NCBI GenBank assembly: GCA_951406725.2
Contig: OX597816.1
Span: 73,780,001 to 73,844,000, forward strand
Length of the DNA: 64,000 nt
Direction: 5' to 3'
From: Octopus vulgaris
Lineage: Eukaryota
In this document: one piece after another, positions 24,436 through 38,155 of the stretch
Position numbering within the stretch: position 1 is the first letter of the stretch
Layout of the letters: every line of letters begins with the position of its first letter
Position numbers and translations under genes: made by a program
The notes under the pieces: model-generated
Told to the model about the DNA's origin: nothing
Database searches by the model: none
What the model saw: only the letters and a program-made list of their open reading frames with translations

Positions 24436-24787
24436 GGAGGCACAATGGCCCAATGGTTAGGGCAGCGGACTTGCGGTTTCAATTCCCAGATCGGGCATTG
24501 TGTGTGTTTATTGAGCAAAAACACCTAAAGCTCCACGAGGCTCTGGCATGGGGTGGTAGCGACCCCTGTTGTACTCTTTCACCCAACTTTCTCTCACTCT
24601 TTCTTCCTGTTTCTTATCCCAGACTTCCTACGCAACCGCTGAGCCTGGATGCGCATTCATCCATCCGTTGATGCTCTCGGTGTCGGGGGTTGACCTGCTT
24701 TCTCTTCTGCGGGTCTTACAAATAGCAAAGGACCACGTTTCGGACTTCTCCCATCTTGCTAGCTCTGGAACGAAGACCGTTTGCTCA
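24436..24787 (+). mobile_element. SINE family C copy
   Basis: Aligns with the other two family C copies; (CAG)n tail. Confidence 0.8.
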
Positions 24788-25179
24788 GCAGCAACAGCAG
24801 CAGCAGCAGCATACTCATCTTCATTCAACATCAGAAAGGATTCCACAAGTTAGAGAATTGCTTGGAGCTCCAATGTCTACTTTGGACTATCTTCTATTTT
24901 TTTTTTGTATTTGTGTCAGTCATTCTTGCTGTGGCTATGCTACAGCATCACTATAAAGAACTTTTAGACAAAAACTAATCAACTCCTGTGCTTCATCTTT
25001 TAAAGCCTGCTACTGATTTTACCAGTCTGTGTACTCTGGCATGCACCCCTAGCTTTCATTGCTATCTTTTCATAATTTATTGCTGTGTTCTGTCACCTCT
25101 TTTTACACTTTGCCAACATGCTGTAGTACACGTGAGCACTGTATACAATAAGCTCGTTATCATTATCACTATTATTTAT

Positions 25180-25730
25180 CGGGGTTGATTAAATAAGTAC
25201 ACTGGGGTCGATGTAATCAACTTAATCCCTTTGTCTATCCTTGTTTGTCCTCTCTGTGTTTAGCCCCTTGTGGGTGGTAGAGAAATAGGTATTTCGTCTG
25301 TCTTTATGTTCTGAATTTAAATTCCGCCAAGGTTGATTTGCCTTTCATTCTTTCGGGGTTGATAAATTAAGTACCAGTTGCGTACTGGAGTTAATCTAAA
25401 CCGCTAGCCCCCTCCCCCCAAATTTCAGGCCTTGTGCCTAGAGTAGAAAAGATTATTATTATTATTATTATAATTATTATTATTATTATTATTATCATTA
25501 TTATTATTATTATCTAAGGCAGTGAGCAGGTAGAATCGTTAGCACGCTGGATGAAATGCTTAGCAGTATTTCATCTGCCGCTGTGCTCTGAGTTCAAATT
25601 CTGCCAAGGCTGACTTTGCCTTTCATCCTTTGGGGTCAATAAGTACCAGTTATGCACTGGGGCTGATATAATCGACTAGCCCCCTTCTCCCAAAATTTTC
25701 AAGGCCTTGTGCCTAGAGGAGAAAAGATTA
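25180..25730 (+). mobile_element. SINE family A copies embedded in (ATT)n tracts
   Basis: Central domain and B box recognisable. Confidence 0.75.
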
Positions 25731-26704
25731 TTACTATTATTATTGAGTGAGAAAATAGTGCATGCCATCAAAGTGACACTGGGGTAAAATATATGAAGCC
25801 CAGTATACCCATCATAACTACCTGTCTGATAAGGGTACACCAGGCACATGCATCACAACCATATGTGCGCAACATGGTGATCTCATATCAAGATAAACAG
25901 CATCATGACCTTGCAGGTGGAGTCCAGTTGGAATTTTCTTCTGGTTGAGTAACCCATCCCACTCAAAAGGTCCCTGAATAAGGGTTGTTTAAGGATGTTG
26001 AATGAAACACCCCTGTTTCCAGAGGTGAATTATTCAAACCCCAAAGAATCCTTCTCAACACATGATGCTCCCCAACTACATCTGCTCATGATCAGAGATG
26101 CACATATCGTCAGCCACTAAGGGACATGCTCAACTGGTTAAGGTCAAACAACTGACAAGCAAATCTGAGATATTGAGCAGAATATTTGCTGTAGCCCATC
26201 TTTTATACCAAGACAAAACATTGTACATGATAACACTTCCAATCAGTTAAGATCAGAAGCCATGAGAGCCACTGTCTGATACTCCATCAAGGCATTTTCA
26301 TCGTCGTCGTCATGATGATGATGATGATGACGATGACGACGACTTTGCCTTTAACCCTTTTGTGGTCTATAAAATAAGTACCAGTTGAGTACTGGGGTTG
26401 ATTTAAGCAACTTTTTCCCTCTTCCAAACTTGCTGGCCTTGTGCCAAAATCTGAAATCAGCAAACTGGTAGAATTGTTAGCATGCAGGGTGAAATGGTTA
26501 GTGGTATTTCGTCCCTCTTTATGTTCTGAGTTCAAATTCTATCAAAGTTGACTTTGCTTTTCATCCTTTCAGGATTGATGAATTAAGTACCAGTGAAACA
26601 CAGGGGTTGATGTAATCTACTAGTCCCTCACCCCAACAAATTTCAAGCCTTGTGCCTTTAGTAGAAAGGATTATTATTATAATAATTATTATTATTATTA
26701 TTAT

Positions 26705-27133
26705 TCAGTAGTTTTATTTTTATAACGTGCTTTCAGTTCACTACCAAGCGCAGCTCTGTGTGCCTTGGGTATGTGCTGTGGCTTGTTGTGATGCTCTTAT
26801 GATTACTGTATTGAAAGTGTTTTGCATAGGATGTGTGCAGTGCCCAGTAGTGCAATTTTCTGTATGCTATATATATATTTGTTGGTCTTGGTGTTTTTGT
26901 TATGTATTTGTCTGAAATTTTTTTATCATACCTAATGTGCCCACTATGATAGGAATTGTTTCTGTTTTTAGATTCCACATTCGAGTTACCTCTATTTCCA
27001 GGTCTTTATATTTTGAAAGTTTCTCCATTTCTTTTAGAGACACGTTGTCATCTGCTGGTATTGATACATCAATTAGAAAGCATTTTTTTTCTTCGTGATC
27101 TCTGACAACTATATCTGGCCTATTGGCTGCTAT
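26705..27133 (-). mobile_element. R4/Dong-like non-LTR retrotransposon 3' fragment (restriction-like endonuclease domain)
   Basis: ANRPDIVVRD...CFLIDVSIP...EKLSKYKDL...IPIIVGTLG (PD-D/E-K RLE motif); flanked on both sides by (TAA)n. Confidence 0.85.
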
Positions 27134-27135
27134 CA

Positions 27136-27166
<31 letters not shown>

Positions 27167-29407
27167 CATTCAGTGGTTTCTACACTCGGAGTGGTTGGCA
27201 TTAGGAAGGGCATCCAGCTGTAGAAACTCTGCCAGATCAAGATTGGAGCCTGGTGCAACCATCTGGTTCGCCATCCCTCAGTCAAAATCGTCCAACCCAT
27301 GCTAGCATGGAAAGCAGATGTTAAACGATGATAATCATGATCATCATTATCATTATCATTATTATTATTTTTTTTTTTTTTCCAACAGGATTTGAATGTG
27401 GAATAAAGAGAGAAAAAAAAGCTAAATACTGCAAGGAATTTACAGCAACATTCTATCAATTCACAGAAACCCTCATTCAAAATAAATGAAGAAATAAAAG
27501 AAATAAGACATATTTTTACCAATTTTTTTTATTCCACCTCAATCAGGCATTGTTCAAGATCCATAATCTTGTTAAAGGATTTCAGTGTAAATTTTGTTGA
27601 ATGGTTTTGGTTAGAAACATAGAATTGAAAGCTTTGATTCTTCAAGAAAAAATAGAAAATAAAGAATGATGATAAATATGAACTTTTAGCTGCCAAAATT
27701 TGATTGAAATTGGTTCTGCTGCCAAAACAGCATCTGTACATAAGAACACAGAACATCATTGACATATATAGACACATAAATATAAAGGTATAGAGTTAAA
27801 ATAGCAAAAGATCATTTTATTTTGAATTAAAATAACAAGAATTCATTGAGGCATTGAAGAATTTGAAGAAATTGGTATCTAAAATTCTTGCTATGCAAAT
27901 AGATCTTGATAAAGCAGTGGTATTTATTCTTTAAGAGTTGTTATGGAAGTAAATATTTCCATATAAGCAATGGTTTTCTTTTTGGCTTCTATTTTAAGTA
28001 TTTAAGCAAAGGAGAAAGAAAGGCAATGTCAATAGAATTTGTAAGTCTTCCCAGACCGGTGATTGTTGTACTGTTTGACTTGAACTTCTGTAGGTTGGTA
28101 CCTACAGGGAAATCTACCCTGATACCTCATCAACACTGTTTCATCTCTTTCCATCTCTACCCTAGTTACTTCCATTCACTCTTATATAACATGAGTAGCC
28201 ATTGTAGCTCCTTTACAACAAGGAACTTAGTTTGTTCTGGCCCCTTCTTTTATACTTTAATGAATCCTAGTTTTTGATTGTTGGTATTTAGTTTTTGATT
28301 GTGTTTTATATACAGGGCAAAGAGCCATCACTATTAGACAAAATTTGCATTCATCATCATCATTGTTTAACGTCCATTTTCCATGCTGGCATGGGTTGGA
28401 CAGTTTGAATGAGGATTGGCAAGCCAGGAGGCTGCATCAGGTTCCAATCTGGTCTGGCAATATTTCTACAGCTGGATGCCCTTCCTCATGCTAACCACTC
28501 CAAGAGTGTAGTGGGTGCATTTTATGCACCACCGGCACAGGGGCCAGTCAGGCAGCACTGGCATCGGTCACGTTCAGATGGTGTCTTTTATGTGCCACCA
28601 GCACGGGAGCCAGTCAGGTGGCACTGGCAATGACCCACACATGAATGGTGCTTATTGTGTGCCACCAGCATTCTCTTTCAAAATTGTGTCATGATCTATA
28701 GCATAAGAAATGAGAAGGGGCTTTGAGGGTTGGGAAATGTGGTTCATAAGGGGAATACTGAGGATTGCATGAAGACAGAGTGTCTAATGAAGGAGTGATG
28801 ATCTAGGCTGCAGTAAATAGGAAACTGCTTTGTGAGATAAGGACCAAGCAACAGGGATTTCTCGGTCATGTGATGAGGAAAGAGGGCCTGGAGAATTGGA
28901 TCAACTGGAACCCTCATTGTCATAACCACTGGAGTGCTACATTTATATATTTATGGATTGTCCAGAGGAAGAAGGACAGCACTAATGATCTTAATGGGGC
29001 CTTTGTGACTGGTGAGAGGCAGAGATGAAATTATCTTCGAACCAAAGACCAAGCTCACACTAACCAGGTTCACAGAAACATGGTTTCCTGCCACCTTTGT
29101 TGTTACTATTCCAAATCTTGTGCTTCTAAGAACTAACAAGCTGTTAGCTACCTTTGCCTAATCTCATTTTCCGCATGTAATTCTATCCTACCCAACATTG
29201 ATGCTGCATCTCACCAATCAGAGTCTGTGGTTCTCTTCCTGTATTTAGGGATATTTACTAACAGAAGTTCAAGCTAAATACCAACAATGACGGCATTGTT
29301 AGTTTGGGAAATTCTGCAGAGATTATACACATCATTTCTTATCTGGAAAAATAGCTTATTTTTTCAAAAATCAAAAATCAGTTTTAATAAATTGCATAAA
29401 AAACATA

Positions 29408-29498
<91 letters not shown>

Positions 29499-29684
29499 CT
29501 ATTCTTAAACGAGAATATTATTTACAGTGACTTTGAAGTGTCGGCCAGTTAAGACATTGTCGGCAGTTTGGTGATATTCTTGCTTAAGAATAATAAATTT
29601 TTACTCTACAAAGGTATAGAGTAACCCATCAGATTAATGTGAAATTGTTTTTACTATTACTGAACATAGTAAACAAACATCAAC

Positions 29685-29732
<48 letters not shown>

Positions 29733-30730
29733 AATAATATATATATGTGTATATATATATAATATAAATAATATATATATATAATATAAATAATATATAT
29801 GTATATATATATACATACATATATTTATATGCATATATACATATGTATATGTACATACTTACATCTATATGTATATATATGCATATGTGGGCACAGGACA
29901 TCACGAAGCATGTACAACAAAAAAACACAAAGGACGAGTGCATGGAACATGAATTATTCTTTCAAACAATGAAAGACACAAATAGACTACAAAACAAACA
30001 ACACAAAGAACGACCCTTCATCAGTTGTCGGCTGTTTTTCTAGTCTCGAATGTGTGTTAGTATATATATATATAAATATTATAAAGAGCAGGAAAATTAC
30101 ATTAAAAAAATCACAGAAGATCATCATCCTCATCTTCAATGTTTAACATCCGCTTTCCATGCTGGCATGGGTTGGACGATTTGACTGAGGACTGGCAAGC
30201 CAGATGGCTGCACCAGGCTCCAATCTTGATCTGGCAGAGTTTCTACAGCTGGATGCTCTACCTAATGCCAACCACTCCAAGAGTTCAGTCAGTGCTTTTA
30301 TGTGCCACCGGCACAAGGGCCAGTCAGGCGGTACTGGCAACGGCCATGCTCAAGTGGTGTTTTTTACATGCTACCTGCACAGGAACCAGTCCAGTGGCAC
30401 TGGAACGACCTCGCTCAAATGCTCTTTCACATGCCACTGGCACAAGTGCCAGTAAGGTGACGCTGGTAACAATCATGCTCGAATGGTGCTTTTTACGTGC
30501 CACCAGCACGGAAGCCAGTTAGCTGCTTTGGCAACGATCAAGCTCGGATGGTGCTCTTAGCGCTCCACTAGCACGGTTGCCAGTCATCGAATTAGATTTC
30601 AATTTCACTTGCCTCAACAGGTCTTTTCAAGCAGAGTTTAGTGTCCAATGAAGGAAAGGTACGCATAAGTGGGCTGGTTACACCCCTGACATAAGCCAGA
30701 TCATTTAATGAACATATTACCTTTTGAAAC

Positions 30731-31022
30731 GAAATCCAAAATTGCTAATCTTTATTAGGTAGTACATCCACTTGTCAGAGAAAAGGGTGAATTTCTGTGT
30801 AGTCAAACGAATGATAGAGATACTATTTAAAATTGTATGATAAAGATGTTGTTTAAAAAGTTACTGGTATACATATGCATTCTTTTTTAAAAACATTTTT
30901 ATCATACGTTTTTAAATAGCATCTCTGTCATTTGACTGACTACATGGAAATTCACTCTTTTCTCTGACGAGTGCTAATAAAGATTAGCAATTTTGGATTT
31001 CATTCATGAAACGATCATAAGA
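30731..31022. mobile_element. Imperfect ~270 bp foldback with hammerhead core (Penelope-like)
   Basis: GAAATCCAAAATTGCTAATCTTTATTAG (from 30731) pairs with CTAATAAAGATTAGCAATTTTGGATTTC (to 31001); inner arms also complementary. Confidence 0.65.
30961..31022 (+). ncRNA. Decayed minimal hammerhead ribozyme candidate
   Basis: TCT-CTGACGA-GTG...CAT-GAAAC-GATC-ATA-AGA; the deviations are consistent with CpG decay of CAC-GAAAC-GATC-GTA. Confidence 0.5.
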
Positions 31023-31262
31023 TCTCTCAAATCTCTTTAAATAACCATACTTTATATATTTACCTATTAATACAATATCATTTATATTTTGGACATATAT
31101 CTTCTGTGATTTTTTTTATGTGAATTTTCTTGCTCTTACTTTATAATTTATAATCACTCTTATTAAATCTCTAAATACCTTTAATGTTTTAGGCATTTCT
31201 CTACCAAGAACACTTATTCGAAATTCAGAGCACTGTATTCTCATTGAATATATTTGATTAAC

Positions 31263-31298
<36 letters not shown>

Positions 31299-31551
31299 AT
31301 AATACAATATAATATAAAGAGAAGGCCTAGTGGAAATAATAATCTTTTTTGCCCGTTGTCTCACCATCTAAGATTTTGCTGGAATTAGAATTATGTGGAG
31401 AGAAGAAAATGCTTTAAGGGTGATGCAATTAAGCAATGAATAATTAATTAAAAAGAATTTTTTTTTTGTAAAATTTAGGGGAACAAGAAAATGAAAGGAG
31501 TAGCAGAAATGGTAAAAAATTATCATGCAATACATTAGCTATATCACTATA

Positions 31552-31633
<82 letters not shown>

Positions 31634-32239
31634 CAGGGTGGGCCAAGAGTAATTCACAAAATAAGTCTAATATGCTCCGGAATTGTCAAAGACATGTTTC
31701 AATTTTTCTAAAATTGAATAAAATGTCAAATGTTTTAGACTATTTGGCCGACTCTGTATGTAGTGGAATGGTAAAGATTAGCAAGTTTATTTGCAAAGGT
31801 TATTATTGTAGGAATAGAAAAGGGAAGATATATCCTTTTGGTGTGTCAAAGATGAGGAAGAATTTATAATAGGAAAAAAGCTTAATAAGACAAAAGTGGT
31901 TCTGAATTTCGCTAAAAAATGTAAAATGTTCTGTAAATGGAACGAACTGTTGAATATCAAGAATTAATCTTCAAAGGAGAATAATTCTGGGTTATATATA
32001 TATATATATATGCAAATATTTGAATGGGTTACAAAACATGACTTAAAAATGGCTTAACAGATGCAGTCAGATGATGTTATTAAGTTAGACGTGATCTGGT
32101 CCAAATTTAGCCGAAACACATCTAAGTTTAAACAGGTTTGTTACATACACGAAATTCTCAGTCCTTGAGTCACTTTAAAAATTCTGCCTATTTAAATAAC
32201 AATATATATATATAAATAAGCATATAGGGAGAGAGAGAC

Positions 32240-32272
<33 letters not shown>

Positions 32273-33196
32273 GAAAGTAATTGTTTATGAGCTAAGTGTA
32301 TCTTGAATTCTAAATTTAACTTGACCATTCTCATAACCTGTTGTAACCATTTTCAGTACTTGATGTTACCGGGAAGGACTGTTCAGTAACAGTTTCAACA
32401 TATTTGATATAGAAGAGTCCTTCATTTGTAAAATGTGAGTGTAAAGCAACCCCATTGTACTTGGGTTTTTTTATCTTCTGCTCAGATAAAGCACAGAAAA
32501 AAATAATGGAAGAAATCTGAAGAATTGCTATTCTTATTGGTAACAATGGTACCCTTCTCTGAATAAAATGTGAGTTTTATAAGGCATGAGTAAGAACTGT
32601 GAAGCCATAAGTTTAAGAAGCATAAAGCCAAATTTTTATGTAGATAATCTACAAAAATTTCAGAGAAACCAAATGAGTAAAATTAGTTGGAGGTTTAATG
32701 TTAATTCACAAGAAAGACTTAGTGTTCAGGGATTAAAAAACAAAATGGCTGGATATTAAATGTATTGGACTGTGTATGCAGTAGATTCTGCTGCAATGGT
32801 AAGGACATGAAATGAAAATGGATGAGGGGTAAATACTGGATGAGAAAACATGATAAGGTGATGGTGAAAATGTATCAATGAGTAGAAAATGCCAACAAAA
32901 GAATTGGAATCATGTTGGTAGTTCAGACAGAGAATGTTAACCCTTTTGCTACCATATTTTTATTGACATTCACAGATTCTGTTTCAGTTAATTTTGGAAA
33001 AAAAAAATGTAAAATAATTTTGTCATTATTAAGCTAGTGTTTGGAACATGAAATTCTATGGGTGGGGGTTATTTAGATCTCTTTAATCATTTTGATGCAA
33101 GCCTTCTGTTGAAATACAATAGGTTTTTTGAAAATACCTTTAATTGAATTGTGATTCAATTTTTTACATATATATAAATAGATAAAACTAATTTAT

Positions 33197-33427
33197 TTAA
33201 CCCTTTTGTTGCCATATTTCTCTTGAGATGATTTGTATTTCTTTCAATTGATTTTAAATATAACAAAGAATTTAGTAAAATAACTTAGTTATCATTAAGC
33301 TAGTGTTAGGAACATAAATTGTGACTAAGGTTTGGTGGAAGATTTTAATTCAAAACTTATGAAAACAAGACATTTTATACTACAGAACCAAAGGCGGTTT
33401 CAGTCAGGTTGGTATCAAAAGGGTTAA
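33197..33427 (-). mobile_element. piggyBac-like MITE (TTAA-CCC...GGG-TTAA)
   Basis: Reverse complement of the unit repeated at 60310-61292; partial copy at 32937-33080. Confidence 0.75.
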
Positions 33428-34906
33428 TACTAAAAAAAAAAACAAATTTATATATTTGGATTTCAGTTCAAACTGTACAAGCGAAAAAATGTAATTGTTT
33501 CTTCTCGTTGCCACAACTGAGGCCTTATTTAATTAAAATAGCCATCTATGTACCATGCTTAATGTATATATATACACAGACTGTCGATAGGCCAGTTACT
33601 GTGGTATTTGTCCTGAGATAACATCTCAGGACAAATGCTACAGTAAGTGGTAAGTTGAAAGGGTGTGTATATTAAGTATGATACATGGGTGGGGGGATCA
33701 AGGATGTGTTAAACTGTTGCTGAGAGAATGGTTCTTTGAGTTTTTTGTTGGTTTTGCTTAATATGTAATGGAAATAAATAAACAAAGATGATAGTTCCGG
33801 AGATATAAGAGAGATAACAATGAGAGCAATCATCATTATCATCATCATCATCATCATCACTGCAGCTGCCACTACCACCACCATCACCACAGTCATCTTC
33901 ATTATTGTTTTACTGTCTCCTATTCCATGCTTGCATGGGTCAGACAGAATTCAATGAGGCAGATTTTCTATGGCTGGATTTCCTCGTTCCGTTTGTTCAA
34001 TGTATATTTCTGTATATCTTTGTATCAAAGCCATTGAAGCAGAAGAAATGTGTCAGATACTTTCCTCAAAAACAGTACATCTTGTAACTCACCAGTGTCA
34101 GCATTTTCAAACATGTAAAGAGCAGTGAAACAGAAAAAAGAAAACAAATCATTCTTGAAAAACAAATAAAGGTTGGTGACAGGAAAGGCATTTAGCCATA
34201 GAATCCTGGCTCAAATAACTTTTTGTCCAACCCATCTCAGTGAAGAGAGAGTGAACACAAAAACGATGATGGTGGTGGCAGTGAAGGTGATGATGGTAAT
34301 GATTGAAGGTGATGATGACGGTGGTAGCAGTGGTGAAGATGCTGATGCTGATGGTGATGGTAGTGGTGGTGGGGATGATGATGATGGTGAAGATAGTGAT
34401 CATTCTATTCCTCCCATTCTACATAATTACCCTTTGTCTCAATGTGTTCCATAAAATAAAATACAAGAAACAGAAGAACACAAACAGGAAATTCTACAAA
34501 ATAGTCCGTTCTTTTTTTAATGTTTTATTTTTTTCCCCACCATTCCATTCCACTTTTTGTTATTGCTCACAAATTAATACCAAAAGAAAAAGAAAGTTTG
34601 TATTTCATAACAATAATTTCAATCTCTTTGGTTAAAAACCATTCCATGATTTGGTGGCATTCCAACTTTGACATTGATAAACTGACGGGCCACAAATTGA
34701 CTAGTAATAAAATTGACGGGATGTCTGGACAATGTTAGTGTAATGAACAGGAGGTTGACTGTATTGATGTAGATGATAGTGATGATAACACTGATGGTGG
34801 TGGTAGCGTTATTGATGATGCTGCTGATGGTGGGGATGGTATTGGTGGTAGTAGTGGCAGTGGTGGTTGCGCTGATGCTAATGATAGTGGTGGTCATGGT
34901 ATAGAC

Positions 34907-35516
34907 CAGTGATTCCCAACCTTTTCACTACCAAGGACCCCCTTATTTAAATGAGTTTTCCCATGGACCTCTTTTAATATGCTTGCCCTTAAAATGGCTT
35001 ATATATACACATATACATATATATATAAACATATATATATATATATACTCCCTCCTCTCACTTAGCAGTCATTCTAATAGCTCTTTTGTGTTAATAACAG
35101 TCAATCACACAATAATTTCCCTTTGTTAAACAGTCATTTTCATAACATTTTTTTCAATGGCCGGATAACTGAAGAGATGGCGGCGTAGGTTTCCGCCCCG
35201 ACATCCAAAACTCGGAGTTTTATCATGGCTACCAAATAATTGTCACATATTATATTTACACACACACACACACATATATATAAGGCGAGCTGGCAGAAAC
35301 GTTAGCGCCCCGGGCGAAATGCTTTGCGGTATTTCATCTGACGTTACGTTCTGAGTTCAAATTCCGCCAAGGTAGACTTTGCCTTTCATCCTTTCGGGGT
35401 CGATAAATAAAGTACCAGTTTCACACTGGGGTCAATGTAATCAACTTAATCCATTTGTCTGTCCTTTACCTTTACGGACCACCAGGGGTCCATGGACCAC
35501 AGGTTGGGAACCACTG
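34907..35516. mobile_element. hAT (Charlie-type) MITE with a nested family A SINE (about 35282-35465)
   Basis: TIRs CAGTGATTCCCAACC / GGTTGGGAACCACTG; degenerate 8-bp TSD GTATAGAC/GTAAAGAT. Confidence 0.78.
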
Positions 35517-36164
35517 GTAAAGATGCTGGTGGTAGAGGTGGTGATGGTGATGATGATGATGATTTTTGATGATGGTGAGGAGTAGGAGGATAACAATGAT
35601 GATGACAGTATAGATGCCAATCACACGGATGATGATGGTATTGACAGAGACGACAATAGCGCTGATGAAAATAACGAAGATAATTAGAAAGGTTGTATTA
35701 GTAATAAATAAGGTAAAGATGCAGATGCAAGGTGTAAACTGTGAGACAGTGCCAAGAATATCACAAAGGAGGAGGAGGAGGGTTTTCTGAGAATTAAAGA
35801 ATTTATCAACAGAAGAAAGGAAAAAATATATAAATATTGAAAATGAATAGAAAAATAGAAAAAAAGATTTTGTTAATTTTTTTCCAGAAAATTTTAGTAA
35901 ATTGAAAATAATTAAAGTTATTTCTGTCCACCAAATGGACATTTAATTTATATTTTAATCCTTCAAACAGTGCATATACATACATATATATATAAATACT
36001 TATGTATATATATATATATATATATATGTCTGTATGCATGTGTGCGTAAGTGTGTATATATGTGTGTGTGTGTGTGTGCGTGTGGTTATACATACATATG
36101 TATATATATACATACATACATGTCTATATATATGTATTCATATATATTTATGCCTGTGTGTGTT

Positions 36165-36204
<40 letters not shown>

Positions 36205-36334
36205 TGTATGCATGTGTGCGTAAGTGCGTATATATATGTGTGTGTGTGCGTGTGGTTATACATACATATGTATATATATACATACATACATGTCTATATA
36301 TATGTATTCATATATATTTATGCCTGTGTGTGTT

Positions 36335-36380
<46 letters not shown>

Positions 36381-37231
36381 CATATCTATATATACATATA
36401 TATATTCATATATATATTTATGCATATATATAGATATATATATATACATATATCATGATCCTTTTAGCATCCACTTTTCCATGCTTGCATGCATTAGATG
36501 TAATCCTTTGAAGTTAATTTTGCATGGCCAGATGCCTTTCCTGTCACCAACCTTTGCCTGTTTTCAAGTAAGGTTACATTTATTGGACAAATCAACCCCG
36601 GTACTCATTGTTTTTTGTAAAGCTTACTACTTATTCTGTCAGTTGCTTTTGCCAAACCGCTAAGTTACAGGGACATAAACACACCATCACCAAATGTCAA
36701 GCGATGGTGGGGAACAAACACACACACAACTGACTTCTCTTAGTTTCTGTTTACGAAATCCACTTTTGGTCAGCTTGGGGCTATAGCAGCAGACACTTGC
36801 CCAAGGTGCCATGCATTGGGACTGAACCCAGAACTATGTGGTTGGGAAGCAAACCTCTGACCACAGAGCCACACTTGTGCCTACTTGAATTTCTTAAACA
36901 AAGTCACACCTGTGCCTTCTTGAGATTTGTTCAGTTTCCTTAAACCAAATTCACTCACAAGGTTTTGGTTCCCCCAGGACAACCATGCAGCAATACTGAA
37001 CCCAAAAGCAAACAGGTGGGAAGTGACCATCTCAGCCAGACAGCCATGCCTGTGTCTTGGGACACTGAGGTTCTCATGCGTTTGCAATCTGGTATCGATA
37101 CATTTTGAAGAGCAATGGAGGGAGTCATCAACTTCAGATGTCTGTTCGTCTCTGCAGGCGTTTGTGTGTGTACATGTGTGTATATGTGTGTGGTGAGCAT
37201 GTATTTGTAATAATAATAATAATAATAATAA

Positions 37232-37565
37232 TGAAATTATTGTATATAGTGCTCAGGTGCACTAGAACTCGTCAAAGGTGTATGTACAGTAAATAGAATT
37301 ATGTACAAAAGTCAGGAAAGTGAACAGTGTATGAGTCATGATATACATGTGAGCATGCGTATGGAGTGGGTGGGGAGATATCAAGTGTCGTGTTGGCAAA
37401 TTTCAGGAAGCATGGAGGTTTTGAAGGATGCAATGTCTCAGCAACTAACAACTGAAGCAGGTAGTTTGTTCCATGCTTCAGCAACTCTGAGTGTGAAAAA
37501 ATGTTTCCGAAAGTCATGGGAGCTGTGCTGTTTTCTGACTTTGCAGGAGGCATGCCCACATGCGT
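37232..37565 (-). mobile_element. CR1-group LINE 3' end
   Basis: FRKHFFTLRVAEAWNKLPASVV...IASFK on the minus strand, followed by an (ATT)n tail. Confidence 0.75.
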
Positions 37566-38006
37566 TTTATTCATGTATGTGTATGTGTGTAAGGAGCAGA
37601 GAAGAGATGGGGCTTCTACAAGTCACAGTGCAGGCAACCTGTCAAAGAAAGTGGTGACTCTGAAAAATAAATGAACATAACATGAATATTGTAAGCTATA
37701 CCTGTTGTTTCTGCTGTGTTGGTTAAATGATGATGGATTTCAGCAGATGGCGAGATGTGGTAAGATTAGTCCAGACTTTGCCAGCATGGAGAAATGAACA
37801 GAAAGGGAAGGTGATGATGACATATGTATGTATACATACATGTATGTATGCATGTATGTATGTATGTATGTATGTATGTATATATATATATATATATACA
37901 TATATATAAACACACACATATACACATATATATATATATGAATATATATACATGTATGTATGTATGTATATACACACACATATATATATGAATATATATA
38001 TGTATG

Positions 38007-38059
<53 letters not shown>

Positions 38060-38110
38060 CATATATATATATACATATATATATGAATATATATATATAC
38101 ACACAAACAC

Positions 38111-38155
<45 letters not shown>

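Noticed and set aside
32331-32546. 71-aa minus-strand ORF in unique intergenic sequence
   Set aside because: No recognisable motif or consistent splice signals
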